A DNA stretch of 64,000 nt from Octopus vulgaris (GCA_951406725.2 OX597833.1:58962001-59026000), one strand, 5' to 3'. Positions 12,230 through 25,471 are shown, numbered from the stretch's first letter. Translations and numbers: made by a program. Notes: a model not told the origin generated them from the sequence alone.

Positions 12230-12410
12230 TTGTGTGTCTGTGTTTGTCCCCCAACATCGCTTGATAACCGATGCTGGTGTGTTTACGTCCCCGTAACTTA
12301 GCGGTTCGGCAAAAGTGACCGATAGAATAAGTACTAGGCTTACGAACAATAAGTCCTGGTGTCGATTTGCTCGGCTAAATGCAGTGCTCCAGCATGGCCA
12401 CTGTCAAATG
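11977..12410 (+). mobile_element. SINE family A with internally duplicated segment
   Basis: GGCAC(T/C)TTGGGCAAGTGTCTTCT occurs twice (~12043 and ~12091). Confidence 0.88.
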
Positions 12411-12613
12411 AGATGCAGCACGGACTTTGTCAGTGAACAGGTCGCGGATTTTAGCGACGAAAATATTTTGACAAATTAAACTTAAATGTTGGAGTGAATC
12501 GAACGGCTTTTGTGTGTTTCTTAAATGGCTTATAAACACCTCCCACGCTGCAATTGTTTTCGTTTCAGCACACGATCTCAGATCAAATTACTTGCTATGC
12601 GAGTACATCTCCG

Positions 12614-12659
<46 letters not shown>

Positions 12660-12889
12660 ATATATACAAATTGAGATAGGGGTTGTGAGTGCAACCGTCT
12701 ATGGGATAACATATATCCAATATACTGCAAGTAAAGCACCCAATAAAGTTAATACATAAACGCTAAGAATTGCGATGCAATTAATTCATTTATTGTATTA
12801 TATGGGTGAAGGTAAAATGTTTTACCTCAAATTCATAATACAAAATAAGAAAATAGAGGAATACACTTTAATCAATAATCAACTTGTGT

Positions 12890-13125
12890 CTATGTTTGTG
12901 TGTGTGTGTGTGTGTGTGTGTTTGCGTGTCTGTGTTTGTCCCCCCAACATCACTTGACAACCGATGCTGGTGTGTTTACGTCCCCGTAACCTGGCGGATC
13001 GGCAAAGGAGACCGATAGAATAAGTACCAGGCTTCCAAAGAATAAGTCCTGGGGTCGATTTGATCGACTATAAAGGTGGTGCTCCAGCATGGCCGCAGTC
13101 AAAGGACTGAAACAGGTAAAAAAAA
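12890..13125 (+). mobile_element. SINE family A, 3' half
   Basis: TG repeat, then ...ggtggtgctccagcatggccgcagtcaaaggactgaaac. Confidence 0.85.
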
Positions 13126-13532
13126 AGTATCGATGCCTAGTTATGTCTGTAACCTATTTACTGGCACCCCGTCGGTTACGACGACGAAAGTTCCGGCTGA
13201 TCTACAATAAACATAAGCATTTTTTAGAATACAATCACATAGAGATATACGCATGCGCAAATGAAGACAGATACAATAGAAATACAAAATGGCTGATGGT
13301 TAGTAAGGAGAGACACAGAAATAAGAAAGAAGAAAGCAAAGGACCACTGATGCGGTCACGGGAGTGTGACGAAAGAACTCTGGCCGAAATAAGATTAAGA
13401 TTAATGTAAAAAATTAATAACACTGAAGCAAAGTAACACCAAATATATAGTGCGTGTGTTTTTATTGGCTAAACTGGCAAAATGACCATTCCTAAATACA
13501 ACAATGAAATATAATCCCTAATATTTAATTGG

Positions 13533-13805
13533 TGAAGGCGCATGGCTCAGTGGTTAGAGCGTCGAGCTTACGATCGTGAGGTTGTGAGCTCGAATCCCGG
13601 ACCGGGCTGCGTGTTGTGTTCTTGAGCAAGACACTTTATTTCACGTTGTTCCAATTCACTCAGCTGTAGAAATGAGTCGTGAAGAGGAGGCCGGTATGCA
13701 TGGGCGACTGCTGGTCTTCCATAAACCACTTTGCGCAGACTTGTGACTAGGAGGGTAACTTTCTAGGTTGCAATCCCATGGTCAGTGTCGTGACCGAAGG
13801 GATCC
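13533..13805 (+). mobile_element. SINE family C (internal deletion)
   Basis: Same head as 25792; lacks a central segment. Confidence 0.85.
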
Positions 13806-14118
13806 CCCACCCCCACCCCGAATATTTAATTATAAAAGTATAACAAGATTTTTTAAACATTAAATGGCTATGACGGCCAACCCCTGAATAAAGTAAGAAT
13901 AAGAGAGATCCACGGGCAAAAAATGGCTGAGTATCAGTTCTAAACCCTTCCACATTCTCGATATTTTAATTCTGACCCCAGTCCTTTTGTCCAACTCACA
14001 TCTAGTATTACTTAAAGAGGATCTAAAATACATTCTATATTTAAGAGACGAGGAATTATTTACATTATTTACATTGTTTACATTCGACGGATATTTGTCT
14101 TCATCTTGTTTGTTGTTA

Positions 14119-14162
14119 ACACAATGTTTCGGCTGGTATAACCTCCAGCCTTCTTCAGGTGT
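14119..14162 (-). ncRNA. Minimal type I hammerhead ribozyme motif (one probable CpG-decay change)
   Basis: ACAC-CTGAAGA-A-GGCTGG-aggttata-CCAGCC-GAAAC-AT-T-GTGT: stem I ACAC/GTGT, perfect 6-bp stem II, conserved core CUGANGA/GAAA. Confidence 0.7.
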
Positions 14163-14211
14163 CTTGGGGAAATTTCGAAAAAGTTTTTTTTTTTCCTAAA
14201 GTATATTTTAA

Positions 14212-14442
14212 GGCGGTGAGCTGGCAGAAACGTTAGCACGCCGGGCGAAATACTTAGCGGTATTTCGTCTGCCGTTACGTTCTGAGTTCAAATTCCGCCG
14301 AGGTCGACTTTGCCTTTCATCCTTTTGAGGTCGATAAATTAAGTGCCGGTTACGCACTGGGGTCGATGTAATCGACTTAATCCCTTTGTCTGTCCTTGTT
14401 TGTCCCATCTATGTTTAGCCCCTTGTGGGCAATAAAGAAATA
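14212..14442 (+). mobile_element. SINE family B, full length
   Basis: GGCGGTGAGCTGGCAGAA...GAGTTCAAATTCC...GCCTTTCATCCTTT...CCCCTTGTGGGCAATAAAGAAATA. Confidence 0.9.
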
Positions 14443-14694
14443 ATACCCTTCAGCCTTCTTCAGGTGTCTTGAGAAAATTTCGAACCTCGGTTCTCATTCC
14501 TAAAGTATTTTTCGATATTATTATTATTGTTGTTAGTGTTCAGGTCACTGCTTGGAATTGAACTCGGAATTTTGGGGTTAGTAGCCCGCAGTTCATAACC
14601 ACTACGCCTATTGTGGGGATCTGCAATAGCTTAAATCTTTAGAGAAAGGTTAGAACGGTTTGCTGTGAGATGTTGAATGCTAGTAGCAGTGCCG

Positions 14695-15140
14695 ATGAGG
14701 AGGAGGAGGAGGAGGAAGAAGAAGAAGAGGAAGAGGAGGAAGGAGAAGAAGAAGGAGAAAAAGAGGAAGAAGAAGAGGAAGGAGAAGAAGAAGAGGAAGG
14801 AGAAGAAGAAGAGGAAGGAGAAGAAGAAGAAGAGGAAGGAGATGAAGAAGAGGACGAAGATGAAGAGATGAAGATGAAGATGAAGAGGAGGATGGGAAAG
14901 ATGAGGAGGAGGAAGACGAAGATGAGGCAGATGAGGAGGAGGAAGACGAACATGAGGCAGATGAGGAGGAGGAAGATGAGGGGGAGGAAGATGAAGAGGA
15001 GGAAGATGACGAAGAGGAAGATGAGGGGGAGGAAGATGAAGAGGAGGAAGATGAAGTGGAGGAAGATGAAGTGGAGGAAGATGAAGTGGAGGAAGATGAA
15101 GGGGAAGAGGAAGATGAAATGGAGGAAGATGAGGCAATGG
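14695..15140. repeat. Purine-rich GAG/GAA/GAT trinucleotide low-complexity tract
   Basis: GAGGAGGAAGATGAA-type units. Confidence 0.9.
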
Positions 15141-15457
15141 ATTTAGTAAGGAATCATAGCGAGATGAGGAAGGAGTTATAACGTCAAGAGGGTTTAGCGC
15201 CGTTGTATAAATGTGTTAGCAAAACCAGACTCAGTAAATTTGTCCAAACGAGGTAGAAATATGTGGTGTATTTGTATGTATGGAAGAGGAAGGAGAAGTG
15301 TCTTGCTTAAGGAGAAATGCCTTATTTTATATCATCTGGGGAATGTTACTTTTGAGAGGCTGGCGTCTTATGCAGGGATGAAATACATCTCAACTGTATT
15401 TCTGCAGCAGGCCATTTTCTTCTGTATTGTACCTCTGTCTGTCATAGGAGAGAGGTC

Positions 15458-15754
15458 GGATCTTTTCGGTTTGAACGGCAGTTTTTTTTAAATAATTTCC
15501 ACGTAACTAAACACTTTTAAACTTCGTACACTGGTAGAATGTATTTATAAAGCATCTTTTTCTCTTGGCTTTATTGAGAAAATTCTATAGGCGCAGGAGT
15601 GGCTGTGTGGTAAGTAGCTTGCTAACCAACCACATGGTTCCGGGTTCAGTCCCACTGCGTGGCATCTTGGGCAAGTGTCTTTTGCTATAGCCCCGAGCCG
15701 ACCAATGCCTTGTGAGTGGATTTGGTAGACGGAAACTGAAAGAAGCCTGTCGTA

Positions 15755-15823
<69 letters not shown>

Positions 15824-16288
15824 TTGTCCCCCTAGCATTGCTTGACAACCGATGCTGGTGTGTTTATGTCCCCGTCACTTAGCGGTTCGGCAAAAGAGAC
15901 CGATAGAATAAGTACTGGGCTTACAAAGAATAAGTCCCGCGGTCGATTTGCTCGACTAAAGGCGGTGCTCCAGCATGGCCACAGTCAAATGACTGAAACA
16001 AGTAAAAGTAAAGTAAGTAAGTCTGTAAGATTTTTTTCTTCAATTTCAACCAATCAATGAGGTCTATTTTAGGTGAAAACATTCTGTGCTGTATGAATAT
16101 GTCCCTTGTTTAAGAAACAGATTGGGTTTATTTACATTTCTGAAGAAAAAAAATATACCCTTCCCCCACCCCTTCCCCTAACCCTAAAATAGATTGAAAT
16201 GCAATAGATCGATACTAGGGTCATAATTATGGGTGACAATTTCATATGACACCGCTAGAAAAAACTGCCGTTCAAACCGAAAAGATCC
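15458..16288. mobile_element. MITE / non-autonomous DNA transposon with 29-bp TIRs, containing a SINE A
   Basis: GGATCTTTTCGGTTTGAACGGCAGTTTTT ... AAAAACTGCCGTTCAAACCGAAAAGATCC. Confidence 0.85.
15589..16020 (+). mobile_element. SINE family A nested in the MITE
   Basis: Full family A layout. Confidence 0.9.
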
Positions 16289-16524
16289 CCATTTTCTTCT
16301 GTATAGTACGTCTGTCTGTCATAGGAGAGAGAGAGCATTATTTCAGGTAGACTAGTTTTCTCTCCAGTGTAAGAGTCATCTTTCTTTATTCGTCTAAGTG
16401 TGGAAGGAGGGGAGGGGGAGAGTTATTTTGAGATCATTTTCGGAGTTAGAGAGGGAGAGTGAAGGAAGAGAGAAACAATGTCTGTGTGTGTGCGAGAGAG
16501 AGTGTATGTGTGTGCGTGAATGAA

Positions 16525-17538
16525 TGAATGCGTGTGTGTGTATGTGTATGCGTGTGTGTATGCGTGTGTGTATGCGTGTGTGTATGCGTGTGTGTATGCG
16601 TGTGTGTATGCGTGTGTGTATGCGTGTGTGTATGCGTGTGTGTATGCGTGTGTGTTAGCGTGTGTGTATGCGTGTGTGTATGCGTGTGTGTTAGCGTGTG
16701 TGTATGCGTGTGTGTATGCGTGTGTGTATGCGTGTGTGTATGCGTGTGTATGCGTGTGTAAACGTGTGTAAGCGTGTGTGTATGTGTGTGTGTATGCGTG
16801 TATGCGTGTATGCGTGTGTGTATGCGTGTGTGTATGCGTGTGTATGCGTGTGTAAACGTGTGTAAGCGTGTATAAGCGTGTGTGTATGTGTGTGTGTATG
16901 CGTGTATGCGTGTGTGTATGCGTTTGTGTATGTGTGTATGTATGTGTGTATGTATGCGTGTGTGTATGCGTGTGTGTATGCGTGTGTGTATGTGTGTGTG
17001 TATGCGTGTGTGTGTATGCGTGCGCGCGTTTCTGTGTATGTGTGTGTGTGTGTGTGTGTGTTTGTGTGTGTGTTTGTGAGTGTGTGTGTTTGTGAGTGTG
17101 TGTGTTTGTGAGTGTGTGTGTTTGTGTGCTTGCCTGCCTATTAGTGTTTGTGTCTATATTAATGTGCGTGTGGTGTGCTAATGTGTATTTCTGTTAAATG
17201 TATGTGTGTGTGTGTGTGTGTATTATTGTGTATGCTCGTATCTGTTAAAAATGTTTGCGTATGCCTAAAACTGTTTGTGCGTATGACAGTGTGTGTGTGT
17301 CTGTGTGTGTGTTCGCATAACTGTTAATGTGTGCGTGTGACTATTTTAATGTGTTAGGCGTATGCCCAATAATGTGTGAGCGCGTGTGTTTAATAATGTA
17401 TATGTGAATGTGTATGTCTAATGTGTATGAATGTGCTTCTGCTAGCGTATGTGCCTACGAGTCTTAATGTGTTTGTGTGTACATCGATTAATGTGTGTAG
17501 GTGTACCTGTACGCTTTTTGATGTGTGTGTGCCTGTGA

Positions 17539-17591
<53 letters not shown>

Positions 17592-17651
17592 TATGAGTGT
17601 ATGTAGGAATCTTAGTGTGGGAGAAGTTTGCGAGTGCGTGTATGTGTATGC

Positions 17652-17723
<72 letters not shown>

Positions 17724-17803
17724 GTGTATGTGTGTGTGTCTATGAGTGTATGTAGGAATCTTAGTGTGGGAGAAGTTTGCGAGTGCGTGTATGTGTATGT
17801 GTA

Positions 17804-17849
<46 letters not shown>

Positions 17850-17850
17850 G
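16525..17850. repeat. (GCGTGTGTGTAT)n 12-mer and (TG)n field, including a ~150-bp duplication
   Basis: 12-bp period at 16545-17020; ctatgagtgtatgtaggaatcttagtgtgggagaag occurs at ~17590 and ~17740. Confidence 0.85.
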
Positions 17851-18315
17851 TGGAGAAACAAAGGAAGATGAATGAGTGAAAGAGAGGGAGTAAATAGTCT
17901 ATAGGGGGGAGATATAGAAAGGTAGATGTGTGATAGAGACGAAGGGGGGTGGGAAGAGATACGAAGCGGGGAGGGTGAGAAGGGATAGCCATTAAGGAAC
18001 ATTTAATATCAATGTTCGCACGAAAGCACCATTTTAAAACCACTACAGGTGTGTATATGTGTGTGCATATGTGTATATATATGTGCTTACGACTATGTAT
18101 CACCGTATGCATGTATATGTATATATATATATGTATGGGTGCGTGTATGCGTGTGTATCTGTGTGTGTATGTGTGTGTGTTGTTATCAGTTGCTAACGGT
18201 GCTTGCGTGTGTCACTTTAAATGCACATTTTTACAGGGACATTCCCAGCAAATGACGAATGTTGATAATGCACAAGTCGCTCTACCATTTACTTTTATGT
18301 GCCAGTTCACACACT

Positions 18316-18373
<58 letters not shown>

Positions 18374-18424
18374 ACACGCGTTAGTGTGTGTGTGTGCATA
18401 GTCATATAAAATGTATATATATTT

Positions 18425-18863
18425 TTTTCTACTCTAGGCACAAAGCCCGAATTTTTTTTTTTTTTTTTTTTTTTGGTGGGGGCCAGTCTATTAGATCGAC
18501 CCCAGTACGCAACTGGTACTTAATTTATCGACCCCGAAACGATGAAAGGCAAAGTCGACCTCGGCGGAATTTGAACTCAGGACGTAAAGACAGACGAAAT
18601 ACCTATTTCTTTATTACCCACAAGGGGGCTTAACACAGAGGAGACAAACAAGGACAGACATAGGTATTAAGTCGATTACATCGACCCCAGTGCGTAACTG
18701 GTACTTAATTTATCGACCCCGAAAGGCTGAAAGGCAAAGTCGACCTCTCGGAATTTGAACTCAGAACGTAACGGCAGACGAAATACCGCTAAGCATTTCT
18801 CCCGGCGTGCTAACGTCTCTGCCAGCTCACCGCCGTATATAAAATGTATATTGATGCTTGTGT

Positions 18864-18894
<31 letters not shown>

Positions 18895-19120
18895 TAATAA
18901 TAATCCTTTCTACTAAAGGTGTAAGGCCTGAAATTTTGGCGGGAGTGGACCAGTCGATTATATCGACCCCAGTGTTTCACTGGTACCTATTTAATTGACC
19001 CCGAAAGGATGAAAATCAAAGTTGACCTCGGTGGAATTTGAACTCAGAACGTAACGAGTGGCGAAATACCGCTAAGCATTCCGTCCAACGTACAAACGAT
19101 TCTGCCAGCTCGCCGCCATA
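18425..19120 (-). mobile_element. SINE family B cluster (dimer 18425-18835 + monomer 18905-19120)
   Basis: Repeated GGTACTTAATTTATCGACCCCGAAAGGATGAAAGGCAAAGTCGACCTCGGCGGAATTTGAACTC. Confidence 0.87.
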
Positions 19121-19227
19121 TTAATAATAATAACAATAATAATAATATATATGGTATGCGTATACTCACGTACACTTATATATCTAGTATACACATGTAT
19201 ATATACACTCACATATACAATATACTT

Positions 19228-19267
<40 letters not shown>

Positions 19268-19470
19268 TCCTACGTAATACACATATATATATTCCTACGT
19301 AATACACATATGTATACACCTACATATATTATAGATACTCCTGTACATCATACAAATATATATATATATACATATATACATACATACATATATACATACA
19401 TGCACACAAATAATTCATACATGAATAGGTATTATACACATGACAGATATGTATGACATAAATGTATCTA

Positions 19471-19537
<67 letters not shown>

Positions 19538-19956
19538 AAACAAAAATCCATACATATCCATATATCTTATTTCGTGCGCACATGTATATATGCACGCACA
19601 TGTATATACACACGCACACACTCGTATACATACAATAGCCTGTAATTAAACAGCCTGTTCTGAGAATGGGCATGTATGTGTAAAACATATATACATGCGT
19701 GTGAATTGCGTGTGATTGTGTGTATATGTGTTTGTATAAGTGTATGTGCGTGTGAATATGGAGTGAATTAGTGTTCAGGTGTGTGTTTTGATTCGTATAA
19801 ACACAGAAAACTGTGCGCACACACAAACAAATACCACCACACACATACATACACATAGATACACATATATATATTTATATATATATGCAATCATATATAT
19901 ATGCAATCATATATATAGATACACATATATATATTTATATATATATGCAATCATTA

Positions 19957-19987
<31 letters not shown>

Positions 19988-19997
19988 GCAATCATTA

Positions 19998-20053
<56 letters not shown>

Positions 20054-20512
20054 ATACATATATATATGCAATCATTATATTTATTTATATATATGCAATA
20101 CATATATATATGCAATCATTATATTTATTTATTTATATGCAATACATATATATATGCAATCATATATATAGATATACATATATATATTTATATATATATG
20201 CAATCATATATATGCAATCATATACATATATCGTTATACAAACATGTACACATTTAAACAAACTGTTCATATGGAGTGAACACCCCTTTCTACACATAGC
20301 TTCACATACATATATACACACGCACGCACCATCAGGTGCGTGTACACACATACACACACATGCACACATACATACGTGCATACGTACAAAAATTGGCTGC
20401 GCGAACACATGCGCGCGCGAGCACACATCAACACACACACACACACATTCACACACACATTCATACATACATACACACACAGGCACACAAACACACACAT
20501 ACACACACACAC

Positions 20513-20562
<50 letters not shown>

Positions 20563-21844
20563 ACAGACACACACACACATACGTGCACGTAGAAAGACAT
20601 TTACGGAACTGAACGGCTTCAAAGGGGCTGTTTTATGCGCGTCGGTCACGTGATGTCAGCGCGTGACGTATACACCAGCATCCCTGTGATGCGATCGATT
20701 ATCAAACAGATTCAGAAATGAATCGTGATGGAGCAACAAGGCGGTAGCTGTATCGACAGGATTGTGTTTCGATACCAGCGGAGGCTTACACTGAAATATC
20801 ACTTACTCTACCTTTTTATTGTTTCATTAATTCTTTGAAATTGTGTTTGAGCTAAACTTACACTGATTAAAAGTAGAAGTTAATATTATACATACCTTAT
20901 ACATACATTTACATATATATATATATATATATATACATACATACATATACACACGCTTACATATGCATTAACATATACACATAGGCATGTGTTTGCATGC
21001 ATTTATAAGTGAATAAGTTTAAATGGACACACATACACACATAAATTCACACACACATCAAGAATTAGGTAAATGCACATGAATGCCTATATAGCTATAT
21101 ATACATATAAACACACGTACACATATGCATACAATACAAATACATGCACAGACAAGCATGTGTTTATATAATAATAATATTTGAATATAAACATATACAA
21201 ATTAATAAGAAAATAGCATAGACACAGTAGAGCATAAATACACACGCACACGAACGTAGATTTATTATCTCACGTATTTGTATATAAATCTGCATTAAAA
21301 GTACCTGTACAACTAAAGATATACACACGTTGATGCATACACGCACAAAACCACTGCGAATATCAACAAGTCAGTTAACAAACACAGAGAAACACACACA
21401 CTACAGCACATATATACACACACATATATATATATATTCATATATACATACACACACACAGTTATATTTGTTTACATGGCGTCACATTTCCAATGTTGAT
21501 GTTTTGTGCAAGTTTCCAGGATATATAATAATATAGCAGCACCATATATATATCTATATATATATATACATATATATATTTATAGATAAATACATATATA
21601 TGTGTGTGTATGCATTTTTGAGCTGAAAAAAAAAAAAAAAAAAACTATTTCGTCAGGAATATCCATTTCTCCGAAGAACTCCAAGATAAAGGTAAGACAC
21701 TTCATGCCTGGCTTTCATTACCTCCTTTAGAATCTGGCTGTTTTTGTTTTGCTTTTTCTTTTTATCGCTACCTGTAGGCGTCCGTCAATATATATATATG
21801 ACTATTTATATACCACATGCACGCGCAGTTATTTACACGTTCAA

Positions 21845-21954
21845 CCATATATATATATATCTCCATGAATATATATACATATATATATATGTATATATAT
21901 ATATATATCCATGTATATATATACACATATATATATATATATATATATATCTCC

Positions 21955-21993
<39 letters not shown>

Positions 21994-21997
21994 CATG

Positions 21998-22029
<32 letters not shown>

Positions 22030-22086
22030 TCCATGTATATATATATACACATATATATATATATATATATCTCCATGTATATATAT

Positions 22087-22122
<36 letters not shown>

Positions 22123-22125
22123 ATG

Positions 22126-22156
<31 letters not shown>

Positions 22157-22163
22157 CACCATG

Positions 22164-22198
<35 letters not shown>

Positions 22199-22300
22199 CC
22201 CCATGTATATATATACATATATATATATATATCTCCCTGTGTATATATATATATGCATATATATATATATATATACGGATACATATGATATATATATAAA
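21845..22300. repeat. TA-rich minisatellite with CTCCATG anchors
   Basis: Repeated (AT)nCTCCATGT(AT)n. Confidence 0.85.
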
Positions 22301-22951
22301 TGTGTATGTATGTATGCATGTATGCATATTATAATTATATTTTTGTATCAATAGATATCGACTCATATAAACACGCACATGCTTGTGGGTGTATAGGTGT
22401 ACGTGTCTACAAGTATATATATAAACATATATATATGTGTGTGTGTGTATAAAGCAAGTGCGTATTTGTTGTCATCCTCAGGAGAGACTTGATCGAGCGC
22501 AGGCAGACCTGTGATCAACGGCCTTCCACTGGTGGCCACCCCCCCCCATCTTTATGTAGAGCACGTGTGTAACGTGTCCTCTCCAGTTTTCAAGGTGTTA
22601 ACACGAGGAATATTTAGCTGCTGTTTCTAACAGGTGGTTGGATTACGCAGAAGGCTTCTGTGTACCTGTGCAAATATTTACATAGACACGTGTGCGCATA
22701 TATGGTTTCGTAGTTGGGGGACACACGTGTATTAAATATATGACCAAGGGGACAAACAGCTTTATTTCGCACATCGACACCTGGCCTGCACATACAGTGA
22801 ACTGTGGACCCAGGGAGGTTCCAGTCATGCATTTACCTGTCAAGCGATTTAATGTAGGGATTCAGGTAACAATGAAAGAGACACCTTTTAACGGCATATC
22901 ACATAATTTCGTCGAAGAAGACAATACTAACATAAGTGCATGTGCACACCA

Positions 22952-23052
<101 letters not shown>

Positions 23053-23221
23053 ACGTACAAATGATATATACATACATGTACATGATATATATGTGTATCT
23101 ATCTATCTATAAATATATATATAAATAATACGATATATATATAAAAAAAATACCTTACGTGATATAAATAAGATATATACATATATAAATGTGTGATATG
23201 ATTTACATAAATATCTAAAAA

Positions 23222-23259
<38 letters not shown>

Positions 23260-23465
23260 CGATGTATGTCGTATATATAATATATACCTTACGTGATATA
23301 AATAGGAACATATAAATAGGATATATATATATAAATGTGTGATATGATTTACATAAATATCTAAAAATAATATATATATATATTATTTTTAGATATCTAT
23401 GACGAACATGATACATGTAATATATGATATATAAATATGCGACGTATATTGTGATATGAATAATA

Positions 23466-23575
<110 letters not shown>

Positions 23576-25471
23576 GTTGGTGTTAGGTTTTTTAAAGACA
23601 TCAAGTATTGCATTCCGTCCCGTGCGTGAAGCATGTATGATTGTACTAAAATACAAATATATGTTTGTTTTTATTTATGTGTGTGTGTGTGTGTGTGTGC
23701 GTGCGCGCGCGCGCGCATTAAAGTTTTAAACCTAAAAATTTCGATTGACACAAATTGATACATGCCGTATTCATACCTGTATAATTAAGAAAAAAATTCA
23801 ATAAAAAGAAAAAAAAAAAGAAAATATTGCGAGTCGGTTGTGCAAAATTGTTGGGGAGCGCCATAAAACATCTAAAATAAAACGGTAAAGAGTTTTTTCT
23901 TTTAGGTACAAAAAACTGGACTATTTTGTAATCCAGATGACATTGAATAAAAGAATAAATAGGATAGTATAGTGTAGCAATTTTTTTGTTTTATATCGAA
24001 AACGATTAAATATCTTTTTAGGAACCAAAGTCTGCAATGACTAAATATTTTCTAAAATCACCTGGCTACTATCTATAATTAATAATTTACTAACATATGT
24101 TTCTATGTGGTTATGCAGTATTTCATTGTTAAAGTAAGCTCGGATCGACGTTCCTTTAACAAAGTAGCTTCTTGTTACAAGAAGCGGTAAAACAAATTGG
24201 GTAATTTTTTCTTCTTTTATTTCAGATTCAGTAATAGAAAACGTAAAACTCCTTTGTTTCAATGTCCCATTCAATCTCAAAGGATGAACATATATCGTTA
24301 AACGAGATAATCATTTTCCGAAGAATCATAAATTACATGAAGTTTTTAATAGAAATAACGTTAAATTTAGTTTTAGCTGTACATAATTTTGCAGCAGAAA
24401 TAGCCAGACAGCTATAATAAAAATTTAAAAACAACCTTCTACATCTAATATTCCCGCTCGTATCTTTGTCCCGCAAATTGTCCATTAAAGGGTTTATCTT
24501 ATTTTTATGTTTTTTGCTTTTTTTTTAAATCGACGAAACATTGTAATTCGATGTTCAAAGATTATATTGAGTTTGAAATAAATTTAAAGGATGATTTGAT
24601 CCGCGTCTACACCCTTTCAGAAAGATATTTGAACACAAGTGGCCAAAATACCTATATTCCTTGAAAAATATAAACTGTTTGGAAAATCTTCAGTTTACCA
24701 AACTTCACAAAGAGAGAAACGGTGATTGTCACCTTCACCTCTCAGAGAAAGATATAACATAGTGTTTTATAAGGTTCCACCTTGAATAAATGTTCAGAAC
24801 TGATATCTTTTCTGACGTCAAGGATTAAAATCGAAACTGAATAACCCAATGACAGAAAATCCGATAATCGCCTAACGCATTCAGCTAGACTCTTAGAAAA
24901 ATTCAAAAATTTTCTTCAGATGAAATGAATGCAGGCAATCCGTTACTTTCGCCGTCATAAATAACTATAAAAAAAATTACTAATAACTTTATACAATAAT
25001 CTTCTGACGATATCAAATGCTTTTATAATATTAACATGATCATTTAGAGTTGATAGCGAATACAAATACAAAATTGTCTCACTTACGACACTGGTGGCTG
25101 GGAAAAATCAATAAAACCTACACTATTAGTCACAGTCGACGGAGTTTCGATTTAAATTATAATTTATTGTCTACTCTAAATCATTGCATTGAGTCCCACA
25201 AAACTCTGGTTATATAGTTCCTTGTTCTCTCCGTGAGTGTGTGTATGTGTGAGGGAGAATGTGTGTATGTCTATATGTCTGTGTATATACTTGTTCGAGT
25301 GAATTTCTGAGCGTATGAGTTTTATTTGTATGCATGTTACACATACACGCATGTGTGTGTATGTATACACAGACAGACACACACACACATTAACTTATAT
25401 GTAACATTGTATATAACATTTGTATGCATATTTGTATAAGTTTGAATACGTGCGTTTACGAATATATATAT

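Larger units (their letters stand above)
14032..14612 (-). mobile_element. tRNA-headed SINE-like element carrying a hammerhead-ribozyme motif (interrupted by a SINE B)
   Basis: Minus strand: GGCGTAGTGGTTA A box and GAGTTCAATTCC B box at 14545-14610, hammerhead motif at 14119-14162, (TGTAAATAA)n-like repeats at 14056-14085. Confidence 0.65.

Noticed and set aside
14631-15146. Glu-rich / Pro-His-Leu ORFs
   Set aside because: Trinucleotide low-complexity tract with no domain or splice evidence.
16176-16188. CCCTAACCCTAA telomere-like repeat
   Set aside because: Only two units, internal to a MITE.
22614-22930. Unique-looking Cys-containing ORFs as a possible exon
   Set aside because: No recognisable domain or clear splice signals, and there are in-frame stops nearby.
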